Sequence record: OU343168.1
Length of the DNA stretch: 64,000 nt
Direction: 5' to 3' (one strand)
Part shown: piece by piece, positions 28,290 to 38,214 of the stretch
How positions within the stretch are numbered: position 1 is the stretch's first letter
Layout of the letters: each line of letters starts with the position of its first letter
Translations under genes and position numbers: made by a program
The notes under the pieces: generated by a model
The model's input: the letters and a program-made list of their open reading frames with translations, nothing else
Database searches by the model: none
What the model was told of the DNA's origin: nothing

Positions 28290-29132
28290 CTATTTTGCTT
28301 TGGTTACAATCGTCTCGGTCTGATCACGGAAGACGGCCGCCAGTTCGTTCAGGAGGGTCATCATCGCTCCGCAGATGTCCGTAAACTCCACAAAACGATT
28401 AACCACCAACTCCACTTCGGTCAGAATCTTCTCATCCACTACGAGATCATTGGTTTTGATCTTCTCAACCAGGAGTTGTCCCAGTTCATAGACCCGAGAC
28501 AATTCCCGACTGGCCATTTCAACATCCCGAGCGCCCAGTAGCTTGGCCGACACGTTGTAGGTTTCCAGTACGCTGTACAGTTCTTCGAAATTGACGTAAA
28601 CTTCACCCAGGGTACACGTCTTGCGGTGGGGGTTGGAAGGGAGGCCTTTAAGGAACTGTTCGGAACGGTCCAGTACCGTATCGAAGTTGGTAATGGTCCA
28701 ACGGAAACGGGTTTCGGGACGACCAGTCTTAATCAGTTGCTTAAGCCAATCGTATAGTCGAATTGCTTCAGTTTTCATACTACTAACCAGATAGACCCCA
28801 TCCGTGGCTACGAATTGAGTATAGGCCATCATATTACCGAGGCCGGGTGTGTAGGTCTCCGGGACAATGACTGGCAACCCAGCGTTCTTAACAAAGAGAA
28901 TCTCTTTCCGCTGGATCGTTTTACGGAACTTTTCAACGTCCAGAGTGATAACCGACTTTTCGAAGGCGGCCAGACGGCGGTCTATAGAGGCACCGAACTC
29001 AGAGAAGAAAAGACCCACACTTTCCCCTACACTGAGTTTTTCAGCCCCCAGGACTGAGAGAAGCTGGGGATTCTTGATCCGTTCGATGAAGTCTTTCGAT
29101 GTAAAGGAATGTTCCATAACTGAAAATCTCAT
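28290..29132 (-). CDS. Conserved hypothetical/structural protein
   Basis: 280-aa ORF next to UvsX, as in the phiKZ-like core block. Confidence 0.6.
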   Translation of the reverse strand: MRFSVMEHSFTSKDFIERIKNPQLLSVLGAEKLSVGESVGLFFSEFGASIDRRLAAFEKSVITLDVEKFRKTIQRKEILFVKNAGLPVIVPETYTPGLGNMMAYTQFVATDGVYLVSSMKTEAIRLYDWLKQLIKTGRPETRFRWTITNFDTVLDRSEQFLKGLPSNPHRKTCTLGEVYVNFEELYSVLETYNVSAKLLGARDVEMASRELSRVYELGQLLVEKIKTNDLVVDEKILTEVELVVNRFVEFTDICGAMMTLLNELAAVFRDQTETIVTKAK

Positions 29133-29229
29133 GAGTATAGTTTGGGGAATGGGTTTTTACGCAGACCCATCTAAAGCAGGGCGTTGCCCTTTCAGCTAAA
29201 GTTCATAAAATACGAGGAATAAGAGGAAC

Positions 29230-30699
29230 ATGAGTACGCCTCTTCTGTTTACCCAAGAGTTGGAATCGTCGGATACGTTGATTGTAAATCTTCCGTTTTC
29301 CCCTATTTTCGATATGTTAAACACCGAGATCTTGATGAGTGCATCAGGGGTGGCGTATAACAACGGGGGTCTTTGTCGTAACAATGCGATCGTCGGTGGG
29401 AACAACACCCAGAAGACCGGGATGACCGTACTGGGTATGGCACGGGTCTTGATTCGGTTTAAAGGGTCTGTTGTCTTCTTCTTTGATATTGAGGCCACCT
29501 TCTCCGTAGACCGTCTGGCGGAAATGATAGACCGAGAGATCGGTATTCACGGGTACTTCAACGAACAGATACTCGGCAAGCGCTTCTTCTACTTCTCTCG
29601 GAATGATTTGGTAAATCCCTGTGATGGCACCTTTGTTCATGATAAGTTCAAATGGTTGAAGGGGAAGATCGCTGAACAGATTAAGGCCAAAGCCGATATC
29701 TTCATGAAGACCCCGTTTACGGACAGCAAAGGCAACCCCGTTAAAATCATTACCCCTATTCTGTGCGTGGTCGACTCTATCTCTGAAATGCCCTTCCATC
29801 GGGTATCGGAACATTTCCAAGAAGGGGATGTTGATCAAGGCGGAGAGAAGAAGACACGAGACCTGGTGATTGGGAACCTCCGTCGTATCGTCTATGAAGA
29901 CGCCGATATCTTGGGTGGGGTATCGGGTTGTTACCAGATTTGGGTTGCTCAGGTTGTTGATAAGATCAACATGACTGGGCGTCCTGAGGAGAAGGAATCT
30001 ATTTTCATCCGTCCGGGTAAGAAGCTGAAAGGTCCTAAGGCCATGATGCGTATTCCGCAGATCGGTCACGAGATCCTTAAAGGTTCAGTACTTAAAGGCG
30101 GAAGTAATGGTCAAGAGTGGTTGTACCCGAATCCCTTTGGTAAAGATGTTATTGTGACTCCTGATGCCAAAGAAATGCCTGACTTGATGATTTATAATAA
30201 TCAACCCTATCGGAATAAGGCGGGGATGTCAGGTATTAACGCGTTCTTCATTGGTTCCCAGTCCATGGGAATTCAAGAAGGTCTGACCATGTACCATGTA
30301 CTGAAGACAGCTAAGTACTTCGGCCTGGAAGGGAGTGACCGCAGTCATCACTGCATCCCGTATCCTGATCTGAAGGTGGGTCGAACCACTGTATGGGAAA
30401 ATACCATTGAAGACCGTAAATTCCTGCGAGCACTGACCATTATTTACCACTTGTGGTTCATGCAAACCTTCTGGCTGACACTTCCCCACAAATACCGTCT
30501 GACTCCTCAGGCATTGTACGACGGTATTATTGCTCAAGGACTGGACTGGAACGATATTCTGGAGAACACAGTAGACTACTGGTACACGAATCCAGATATT
30601 GACAAGTACACTGTTACAACGTATGAACTCATTCGCATTGCACTGGGTGAACGTAAACCTTACTGGAAAGAGAAAGGTGCACCTAAGGCTATTATTTAA
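29230..30699 (+). CDS. uvsX: UvsX/RecA-like recombinase
   Basis: Degenerate P-loop GGNNTQKTG, FFFDIEATF, Walker B LCVVDSIS, WVAQV motif 3; 489 aa. Confidence 0.8.
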   Translation: MSTPLLFTQELESSDTLIVNLPFSPIFDMLNTEILMSASGVAYNNGGLCRNNAIVGGNNTQKTGMTVLGMARVLIRFKGSVVFFFDIEATFSVDRLAEMIDREIGIHGYFNEQILGKRFFYFSRNDLVNPCDGTFVHDKFKWLKGKIAEQIKAKADIFMKTPFTDSKGNPVKIITPILCVVDSISEMPFHRVSEHFQEGDVDQGGEKKTRDLVIGNLRRIVYEDADILGGVSGCYQIWVAQVVDKINMTGRPEEKESIFIRPGKKLKGPKAMMRIPQIGHEILKGSVLKGGSNGQEWLYPNPFGKDVIVTPDAKEMPDLMIYNNQPYRNKAGMSGINAFFIGSQSMGIQEGLTMYHVLKTAKYFGLEGSDRSHHCIPYPDLKVGRTTVWENTIEDRKFLRALTIIYHLWFMQTFWLTLPHKYRLTPQALYDGIIAQGLDWNDILENTVDYWYTNPDIDKYTVTTYELIRIALGERKPYWKEKGAPKAII

Positions 30700-30704
30700 A
30701 TAAA

Positions 30705-30745
30705 GGGTGGGAGGGTAGCCTGAGTCCTCCCACCCCGACTTTGTA
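30705..30745 (+). terminator. Terminator-like hairpin
   Basis: GGGTGGGAGG/CCTCCCACCC stem after the uvsX stop. Confidence 0.6.
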
Positions 30746-30757
30746 AAGGACCCCCTC

Positions 30758-31132
30758 ATGGAAACAGCACCGTGCCCTACCACCATTCTCATTATGGCGG
30801 ACAGTAACTTTATTAATCTTTGCCTGGATCCGTTCGACTACATCAGGCGGTTGAAAGAACGGGTGTCTGCCGTGCGGGAGGATAACCCGTTGTTGTATAC
30901 CGTCAGTGGTCGCTATGGTGTGAGCGCGATTGACAGTGAAATCCCGGTGATTGAAGTGAATGACCGGAATAAGACCCTCTTCAGTCAAACCTTGGAGAAC
31001 TGCTCCATGTTGTTTGACGAACTCCTGGCGATCAGTACGGTCGAAAGTGATCCCTTTATTAACTCCGCCAAAGAAGTGATTACATTGGCCAACAAGACGT
31101 TTACACATTACAAATACCCGAGGAAAGTGTAA
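30758..31132 (+). CDS. Hypothetical protein
   Basis: 124-aa ORF with AAGGA SD, TAATG-coupled to the next gene. Confidence 0.7.
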   Translation: METAPCPTTILIMADSNFINLCLDPFDYIRRLKERVSAVREDNPLLYTVSGRYGVSAIDSEIPVIEVNDRNKTLFSQTLENCSMLFDELLAISTVESDPFINSAKEVITLANKTFTHYKYPRKV

Positions 31133-31809
31133 TGGCTGGTAACCGGAAGGCATTTGAAGAACATGTGTATAAAGCCTTTGGCCCTCTGACCAAAGGGGGT
31201 GGCAATAAGAAGATTTATGAGAAACTCTTTGCCACTATGGACGATGACGCTTTTGAAGACTTCGTCCAGTGGTTGGAAAAAGGAAATCCGCTAGCGATTT
31301 GGGCCAGTAACTTTGTCCCTGAAGAGAAACTGAATTTTGATAACCTGATGAGACTCTGTAAACAGTTCGGTATTGAAGTTGAACACCAACTGGTTATTTA
31401 CGACGAAGACACCGGGATCAAGTCACTGACCGCTTATAAGGCGATTGTAGGACGTGCTGAAGTCCGTAAACAACGTCAGATGTTGTCCAAGAAGTTCAGT
31501 GCGGCTAAGAACGATTACGAAATCGATGACCTCACCGGTCAACCCATGGGGGACAGCCGGAGTGCGGGGATCAGCGGTCCTGAGGTTACCGTACTGCGTA
31601 ACCTGGGTTTGAACATCATGGCGAATGAACTGTACAACGTTAAAGGCGGCGACCAAGAGGCCTTTAAGGCGTACAAGAACGATTTGTTGACCACCGGTAA
31701 GACTACCACCAATGGGAGCCTGCGTAAAGGCTCGGGTACCAAGGTGCTGAGCACGGTCCACCACCTCATGCGTGGTCGTCATATCGACACTAACTTTAAC
31801 CAGAAGTGA
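31132..31809 (+). CDS. rpoB: Virion RNA polymerase beta subunit, C-terminal fragment (phiKZ gp149-like)
   Basis: DDLTGQPMGDSRSAGISGPEVTVL...ELYNVKGGD aligns by eye with beta region I (TQQPLGGK...GEMEVWAL...EMLTVKSDD). Confidence 0.8.
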   Translation: MAGNRKAFEEHVYKAFGPLTKGGGNKKIYEKLFATMDDDAFEDFVQWLEKGNPLAIWASNFVPEEKLNFDNLMRLCKQFGIEVEHQLVIYDEDTGIKSLTAYKAIVGRAEVRKQRQMLSKKFSAAKNDYEIDDLTGQPMGDSRSAGISGPEVTVLRNLGLNIMANELYNVKGGDQEAFKAYKNDLLTTGKTTTNGSLRKGSGTKVLSTVHHLMRGRHIDTNFNQK

Positions 31810-31818
31810 TCTCTCCCC

Positions 31819-32232
31819 ATGGATAAACTCATTCATTTGTCGAATACCATTCAAGAAGTATGGTTAGACCTGTCAACCGGAGAAGCTCCTCCTCCCATTC
31901 TTCAGAACTTCTCGTCGCTTATCAACCGTCCTTTGATCTGTTTTAATGAAGCCTATTCAGTCTTCATGAACCAAGTGGGAAGTAGTAGTGATCTCTTCGA
32001 CAGTTGGGTCAGTATTCAAATGATGGTTATCACCCGCTTGGGCGAGCATCAGGTGGCATTCAGTCAGTTCAGTCAAATGTTCAAGGAAGTCTTTAAGACC
32101 ATTGAAGGGGGTAATGGACTGGATATTTCCGATGAGAATGAATATAAACGCTGGAGTTTCTTGATTGCTTTAGCGTTTAGGGTGTATACCACTCATTTCA
32201 TTGTACCCCCATCTAAAGGACGTAAGGCATGA
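31819..32232 (+). CDS. Hypothetical protein
   Basis: 137-aa ORF in operon. Confidence 0.65.
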   Translation: MDKLIHLSNTIQEVWLDLSTGEAPPPILQNFSSLINRPLICFNEAYSVFMNQVGSSSDLFDSWVSIQMMVITRLGEHQVAFSQFSQMFKEVFKTIEGGNGLDISDENEYKRWSFLIALAFRVYTTHFIVPPSKGRKA

Positions 32233-33011
32233 ATCGGGTATTAACCGCCTACGCGGATGTGGACAGTCTCTTCGATTATCGGAGGGGATTGATTCAGAAG
32301 TGGTTAACACGAGACATGGCTGTTAGTGATGAAAACAGCTTGAGTGATGAAGCCTTTGCAGCGTATCAAGAGAAACGCCGGCTTCAAGGGGACACCCTGT
32401 GGGAACTTCATATTGAGAAGAACTACAGGGAAAGAAGGATGGATACGTTTAGTTATCCGTTCTTTGGGTTCACCCGACAGATATTCAGGGAACTCTATCA
32501 GAAACGGAGCTTACGGGATTGGGGGTATGGGTATTACCCTACCGGGTTCCTGTCTAATTTCGTTAAGGTGATTATCGAGCATGAACAACTGACCGATAAA
32601 CCTATCGAGATCAAAGGGGTGACCCTCACGATCAACTGTTTCCCTTATGTCATGGATACGGCCCTTAAGGAGGAGTTGATCGAGCACGTTAAGACTCGGT
32701 TAGGCTACCGGGTAGAGGTGAAGACCGTTGATGACGACATTATCAATGCGACACCCTCCTACTATCGACAGTTCGATTATGTCTTCAAATACGACTTCCT
32801 GTTGAATGAAGACTATAAGTCCTTCTTTGAGAACGTCGGTAAACCGCCTATTCCTGATACGGCGTTTTTGGTTCCAGATCTCCTGGTTCAAGAAACCGAG
32901 TATTTGGAAGGGAGTATTTATGACCGTATCTTCGCCCAATCCATTGCGTTAGCTCCTGTATTGAAATTGATTCCGATCAATAAAGGTTTCTATGATTACT
33001 TGACGGAATAA
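32229..33011 (+). CDS. Hypothetical protein
   Basis: 260-aa ORF with ATGA overlap. Confidence 0.75.
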   Translation: MNRVLTAYADVDSLFDYRRGLIQKWLTRDMAVSDENSLSDEAFAAYQEKRRLQGDTLWELHIEKNYRERRMDTFSYPFFGFTRQIFRELYQKRSLRDWGYGYYPTGFLSNFVKVIIEHEQLTDKPIEIKGVTLTINCFPYVMDTALKEELIEHVKTRLGYRVEVKTVDDDIINATPSYYRQFDYVFKYDFLLNEDYKSFFENVGKPPIPDTAFLVPDLLVQETEYLEGSIYDRIFAQSIALAPVLKLIPINKGFYDYLTE

Positions 33012-33020
33012 CCCCTTTAT

Positions 33021-33050
33021 TAACTGGGTGGGGAAATCCCCACCCAGTTA
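33021..33050. terminator. Hairpin between convergent genes
   Basis: 13-bp stem TAACTGGGTGGGG/CCCCACCCAGTTA. Confidence 0.8.
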
Positions 33051-33061
33051 TGTTCGCTTGG

Positions 33062-33574
33062 TCAAATTTCCTCACCATCGATACCCACCAGTTGATTCCC
33101 CTGGACCAGCTCTTCTTCCGTAATGGGACTCAAGGTAGGATCCAGAGGCAGGGGTTTAGAGGGATCCAGTACGAAATGGGAGAACTCAAAGGTGGGGAGT
33201 TTAATCCCTCCACTTTGAATACGCTCCATAGCCTCCAGCATTTGGTTAAAGGCCAGTCGGTTGCCTTCATTCTCTTTCTTCTTAGCCCGCTCTTTACGGT
33301 CATCCCGTACGGTCTTCTCAATCTGCGCAATAATCTGTGTGACCCCTTCCAGCAGATGCGCGTTCTTCGGATTATCCAAATACGCAGACATAGCGTATTC
33401 TAGAATGAAAGCCCGGTTACGTTGTACTACCTTAACCAGTTCTTCCTGTTCGATATCCTCCAGATTACCAGTCATTGCCTTACGGAGTTCTTCCAGAACC
33501 GTTTGCATTTTATCCGTATCCAAAGGACTGGCTTTCTTCTTTTCCTTTTCGGGTGTGTCGTCAGGCGTTTCCAT
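33062..33574 (-). CDS. Hypothetical protein
   Basis: 170-aa helical, charged ORF. Confidence 0.7.
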   Translation of the reverse strand: METPDDTPEKEKKKASPLDTDKMQTVLEELRKAMTGNLEDIEQEELVKVVQRNRAFILEYAMSAYLDNPKNAHLLEGVTQIIAQIEKTVRDDRKERAKKKENEGNRLAFNQMLEAMERIQSGGIKLPTFEFSHFVLDPSKPLPLDPTLSPITEEELVQGNQLVGIDGEEI

Positions 33575-33577
33575 GAT

Positions 33578-33598
33578 TTTTCAGACCTACATTATTCG
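33578..33598 (+). promoter_or_regulatory. Phage promoter-like motif TTTTCAGACCTACATTATT
   Basis: Matches the 15829 and 3522 motif; lies 25 nt upstream of 33624. Confidence 0.6.
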
Positions 33599-33623
33599 TT
33601 TGAGTGGTTAGGAGTATGTGTAA

Positions 33624-34202
33624 ATGGCACTAACTAAACGGGCTCTATTCAGGTGGTTAAGCTGGATACCTGGTATAGGTAACCTGTTTAACCGAAAACT
33701 GGATTCCCTCACGATCGAGCGGCTGACTGAGATTAATCAACGGTTCTCTAAGGCTTCAGTACGGTTCGCAGCTCAGATCCAGGATCTATACGATTGCTTA
33801 AAGCCCCTAAATACGTCCTTTGACATCGATCCGAGGGTCTACCTACCCTTACCTATTGAACTGTCAACAAAGTCCTCTAAGGACGCTCACAGGCTGGTAG
33901 AGAGGGTACTGTCAGGTTACTCGTGGAACCCTGACGAACACTTCGTGAGTAACATGATCGAACACTACCCCAGTTTCCTAGACTGGTACAGTAACGGTTA
34001 CAGTCTCGACGGGTATTACCAGGGAATGGTGAAACTCATGGAACTGTATTGTGCCTTATTCCCCGTTATACCGAATGAGGACGATCCTGTTGAATGTCAT
34101 CCTGTCGTAGAGAACTTCTTAACCAGCCGGTGGTTTAGGCTGATGGTTATTGACCTGATCAAAATACTGACTCTGGTACTTATCCAACGTCGGGGAGGTT
34201 AA
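33624..34202 (+). CDS. Hypothetical protein
   Basis: 192-aa ORF with AGGAG SD. Confidence 0.7.
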   Translation: MALTKRALFRWLSWIPGIGNLFNRKLDSLTIERLTEINQRFSKASVRFAAQIQDLYDCLKPLNTSFDIDPRVYLPLPIELSTKSSKDAHRLVERVLSGYSWNPDEHFVSNMIEHYPSFLDWYSNGYSLDGYYQGMVKLMELYCALFPVIPNEDDPVECHPVVENFLTSRWFRLMVIDLIKILTLVLIQRRGG

Positions 34203-34637
34203 ATGGAAGAAAACAGAAAGAGACCCAAAGCCAGCCGGTTGGAGAGTATCTCCCACAAGTTTGTACGGGATGAAGAACTCAGAGATCCCCCCGCCCGGTT
34301 ATTCCGGGCAATTCTGAACAAAGTGGTTCCTACCCCTCACAAGTGGAAGAACTACTTACGGGATTATCTGGAGTATGTGGTGACCACCCGAGATCCCCAA
34401 CGGGCTAAGACCGAACGCATTACCCGGCAAGGTAACATTAAGGCAACCTATTTCCAAAGCTATACGTTAACCTTCCAGAAACTCTTGGAAGGGTTGTCTA
34501 TCCTACGGATGAAATCTTGCAGAATCATCATCGAGGTTGTTGATGAACACGGTGAAATACTCACAGTGGAAGAAACCATTCGCATCGTAGAGAAGAAGCG
34601 TTTGGAGAAACCCATTGTAGATGAACCGGAAGAGTGA
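34203..34637 (+). CDS. Hypothetical basic protein
   Basis: 144-aa ORF with GGAGG SD. Confidence 0.7.
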   Translation: MEENRKRPKASRLESISHKFVRDEELRDPPARLFRAILNKVVPTPHKWKNYLRDYLEYVVTTRDPQRAKTERITRQGNIKATYFQSYTLTFQKLLEGLSILRMKSCRIIIEVVDEHGEILTVEETIRIVEKKRLEKPIVDEPEE

Positions 34638-34642
34638 ATGCA

Positions 34643-34695
34643 GGAGTAGGTGCGCTAGCGCACCTACTCCCCTTCCCCTTTATTCTTTATTTTTT
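34643..34695 (+). terminator. Intrinsic terminator
   Basis: 28-nt palindrome GGAGTAGGTGCGCTAGCGCACCTACTCC plus TTTATTCTTTATTTTT. Confidence 0.8.
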
Positions 34696-34706
34696 GGAGT
34701 GCCGCT

Positions 34707-35816
34707 ATGGGTATCCTTGACGGGTTCAATCTGTCGTCGGGTATTAATGCCTTTAAGAAAGAAACCGAAACCGCAATGCGGGGGGTTAAAAGTGAAACCC
34801 TAACCCCTATTGATGTCACCGCCAGTCGCCTTAAAGAAGGGGTGGCTCTTACTAACCCGAATGACACCACACTCAAGTCAACCATCACCGCGTACCGGAG
34901 TTCGGTTGTAGAAGCCCTAGACGGTGTTATTGGAGCCCTGTCAGGCGGTTTACTCAATACGAAGGACATTACCCGAGCCATTCGTATTGATAGCAATGGG
35001 GTCAGTTTCAGTGATGATGACTTGATTACCGCGGCAGGGAGTCAAATGGGCGTTAACGTCTGGGGTAAGAACGGCGTTAAGCAACTCATCGCAGACACTC
35101 TCACCGCAGAATTCAATCGGCTCACTGGATTGAATGTGGGTCAAATTATCCAGGTCGGTTATGGTGACAAAGGTTCACCCTTCCGTATCAATGACAGTTG
35201 GAGAACTCAGCTCGGTAGTGCCACCCTCGATATGCTCAGGGATTATACCGGTATTGATGAGTTTGTAGACGTCAGTGTTCAATCGGCGTTTTACAACGCC
35301 ATCCTGTACAACTCAGCGATGTACGGGATGAGTGACAGTTATAAAACCCAATGGGATAACTACCCGTATCTCTCTCTGAGACAAGATGCCTTTATTGAAG
35401 CCATTCAGTACATGATTACGAATGGGGATGTTGAGAGTATCAGTAAGGTCTTTGAACTCATTAATACCGAAGGGAAGAATACCTTACTGAGTAAATACCC
35501 GGATTTCATTGAAACCCTCTTTACGAAGTTCTCTTTCGACAGTCAAGTCCACAGTGAAGAGCACCCCGCCATTCGTACGAAACTCTTAAACGTTTTAGAA
35601 ACGGTAGCGGGTAAAGAGTGGTATTACCGGGAGACCCAATTCGGTAAAGCGTACAACCTGGGGTTGGTATCGAACATCAGTGACGACATGGTAACCCTGT
35701 TAACGCCTGTTGAAGAGTTGATTCCCCTCTTAACCACTCGGGGGATCTTTCAGACTGAACGGGCAACGGATGTATTGAATCAATCCTTCCCGAATGCCCC
35801 TATTCGCATTAAATAA
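34707..35816 (+). CDS. Hypothetical, probably virion protein
   Basis: 369-aa ORF with GGAG SD. Confidence 0.65.
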   Translation: MGILDGFNLSSGINAFKKETETAMRGVKSETLTPIDVTASRLKEGVALTNPNDTTLKSTITAYRSSVVEALDGVIGALSGGLLNTKDITRAIRIDSNGVSFSDDDLITAAGSQMGVNVWGKNGVKQLIADTLTAEFNRLTGLNVGQIIQVGYGDKGSPFRINDSWRTQLGSATLDMLRDYTGIDEFVDVSVQSAFYNAILYNSAMYGMSDSYKTQWDNYPYLSLRQDAFIEAIQYMITNGDVESISKVFELINTEGKNTLLSKYPDFIETLFTKFSFDSQVHSEEHPAIRTKLLNVLETVAGKEWYYRETQFGKAYNLGLVSNISDDMVTLLTPVEELIPLLTTRGIFQTERATDVLNQSFPNAPIRIK

Positions 35817-35827
35817 CCCTAACGAAG

Positions 35828-35859
35828 ACTCCCCTACCCCTTAATTGGGGTAGGGGAGT
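35828..35859 (+). terminator. Terminator hairpin
   Basis: ACTCCCCTACCCC/GGGGTAGGGGAGT stem; a second hairpin at about 35920-35944 serves the convergent gene. Confidence 0.75.
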
Positions 35860-35954
35860 TATTACTGAATAAGTTCTTTTTGTATTGATTAATAGAGGGT
35901 GTGATTTCCGCTTAGTAGACTCGGGGGCGTGAAACCCCCGAGTTTACTGGCTTT

Positions 35955-38147
35955 CTATCTTGCAAGAGGGCGTGTTGCGAGTCTGAGCAGATCTGCCGCT
36001 ATCGAGTCATTTATCTTAGCCGCGATGTTGTCAGAACGAATACTGGTCTTAATATCCGTGACCACACCCGTCAGTTGACGGTTCAAACGCGACCACCGCA
36101 GAATGGTATCCAGGTAGTCCATCCCTGTGATACGACTGGCAAAGTTGTTGAACGCACTGTCATCCGACAGAATACGACTGACCACCGCATTCGGATTAGT
36201 AAGATCCAGGATACTAATGGACCGATCAATGGGAAGGGTGACCAGGGGTTCCAGATCGGTAATCTGTAAACTGGCCGTCATATTCAACGGTTTACGATCA
36301 CGAGTCCACCCCGCATCTCCTTCCCCCAGGGTCAGATCCAATTGAGTCACCAGACCGGTACGGATGATTCCACGAGACTTACAGAAAGCTTTCACGTAGA
36401 AGGGGGAGGTATGGGTTCCACCGCCTGAGGTATTACCGGCCACTAAGGGCAGTAGGAGGGAAATCAATACCCAGATCTTAACAATCTGTTCATACGGGTG
36501 TGCGTAGTTACACACTGACTTAATGGTGTAGGTCTCCGTATGGAGATTGCAGGTGGATTCAGTCCAGTGGTCAGGGATCTTGACGTAACTGTTATTGGCA
36601 ACAGCCAGGGGGATATTTCCAATAACAGACCCTGAAAGGGCTCCCATAGCCGCGTCTTTAACAATGTTAATCAGTCCATCGACAATGGCTAAGCCAGTTT
36701 GACCTTTAGCCACATCGAAGGTGAAGTCATTGGTAGTGCGAACAATGGAATTGAACTTCTCCGCCATAGGCGATTGCCCAGTGCTATTAGAGAAGGAATC
36801 CCGAGTAGCTCCCCCGTTCCCCTCTACGCGGAAGGTGATCCCATCCATACCGCCAGATACAGCGGTTTTAACGAGGTCGTAAATATCTCCCATCCAGGTA
36901 CGATCGTTAGGGTTGTCTTCGTAGTAGAACTGATCCCCATTGTTAATAGCGGGATTAGCGGTTACTGAGGGGGTAGCGGGAGAGGGGCGTTGAGGCCGTT
37001 CGTTGGGGTTTACAGGAGGAGCTGAAGTACCATAAGACTCACCCGTTCCCATAGGCTGCATGGTGGAGGTGGGTTGTCCGTCAGGTCCGGTTGGGGGTTG
37101 TTCCAGTTCAAGGTTGGCAATTCCATATTGCTTATTACGTGCAGGGTCGATGTCTTGATAAGCGCCTCGGTTGAGGTAGGCACTGTCTTCTTCAACGTAG
37201 TTGGGTTCGTTATCACCCCGGTATTTACCGACTGTGCTCATTTCCTTTTCAATATACTCTTGAGAAGGTCTGCCAGCGGTTACTGAACGATCGAAGGTGA
37301 CTTCTTGAAGGATTTGTTTGGCTCGTTCCAATTTCTGTTGGGGGGAGTTAATTGAAGTGTCGTTGTCCATAGAGGCCAGACGCTCCAACATTACCCGGTG
37401 TTTACGCACCCCTTTATTGACCAACCGCATGAGGTCAATAGTCCCATCCTGGTTGACGCAATCAGGAAAGAGGGTAGACAAACTGGAAACGACTTTACTG
37501 TTGTCGTAATCGGGTTTAAGACCGTACAGGGGATCGGTCTGTTGCTGGTTCATCTTAGGTAGGATGGGATCGATGTACCCCAGTTTCACCATGAAGTCAT
37601 TCAGTACACCGGTAGCCACCATGGTGTACGCCCCAACCGCAGGCTTAACAGTCCAGAACTGATGCTTGGGGGAATCTGCTAAGAATGCCAGGAATTGGGT
37701 GCTGATACTCAACAGCTGCATAGGCCAAAAGGCAATAGAACCGATGGCTTGTCCCATGTAGAACGACAGACTGGGCGCCCGCCCTTTGTTCGCAATGATA
37801 GCCGCTGTGGGAGAGAACATGTTTGTAATGAATGACAGCAGACCAGCAAACTGAGCCACGCCTGGGGTAATGGTTAAGAGAGTGGCGTTGTTGTCGTAGA
37901 TCTCTTTATACATGGAGCCGAATCCCCCTTCTGGGGTGACCATTAACCGTCCGTACCGGGGATCGGTCGCAGGGCTCCATTGAGGCACAGGGTTCACAAA
38001 GCGGTTATCCCCTGTTGCACTACTGAAAACGTTGAAATATTTGTCCCAATCGAGGATGTCTAATACTTCACTCGGTGGGATACCGCGGGTTAACAGACGG
38101 AACGATTTCGTGATAATGTCCCGGTCGCGTGTCGTCACCTGAGCCAT
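35955..38147 (-). CDS. Tail-tip/baseplate-associated structural protein (phiKZ gp182-like by gene order)
   Basis: 730 aa, immediately downstream of the giant lytic tail protein; tail-tube-like C-terminal fold pattern. Confidence 0.55.
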   Translation of the reverse strand: MAQVTTRDRDIITKSFRLLTRGIPPSEVLDILDWDKYFNVFSSATGDNRFVNPVPQWSPATDPRYGRLMVTPEGGFGSMYKEIYDNNATLLTITPGVAQFAGLLSFITNMFSPTAAIIANKGRAPSLSFYMGQAIGSIAFWPMQLLSISTQFLAFLADSPKHQFWTVKPAVGAYTMVATGVLNDFMVKLGYIDPILPKMNQQQTDPLYGLKPDYDNSKVVSSLSTLFPDCVNQDGTIDLMRLVNKGVRKHRVMLERLASMDNDTSINSPQQKLERAKQILQEVTFDRSVTAGRPSQEYIEKEMSTVGKYRGDNEPNYVEEDSAYLNRGAYQDIDPARNKQYGIANLELEQPPTGPDGQPTSTMQPMGTGESYGTSAPPVNPNERPQRPSPATPSVTANPAINNGDQFYYEDNPNDRTWMGDIYDLVKTAVSGGMDGITFRVEGNGGATRDSFSNSTGQSPMAEKFNSIVRTTNDFTFDVAKGQTGLAIVDGLINIVKDAAMGALSGSVIGNIPLAVANNSYVKIPDHWTESTCNLHTETYTIKSVCNYAHPYEQIVKIWVLISLLLPLVAGNTSGGGTHTSPFYVKAFCKSRGIIRTGLVTQLDLTLGEGDAGWTRDRKPLNMTASLQITDLEPLVTLPIDRSISILDLTNPNAVVSRILSDDSAFNNFASRITGMDYLDTILRWSRLNRQLTGVVTDIKTSIRSDNIAAKINDSIAADLLRLATRPLAR

Positions 38148-38214
38148 CGTGAATAAATTCCTAAGGTTAACTAAAGAGGCGGGGAGTACTGATGTACTCC
38201 CCTATTAAGATGGA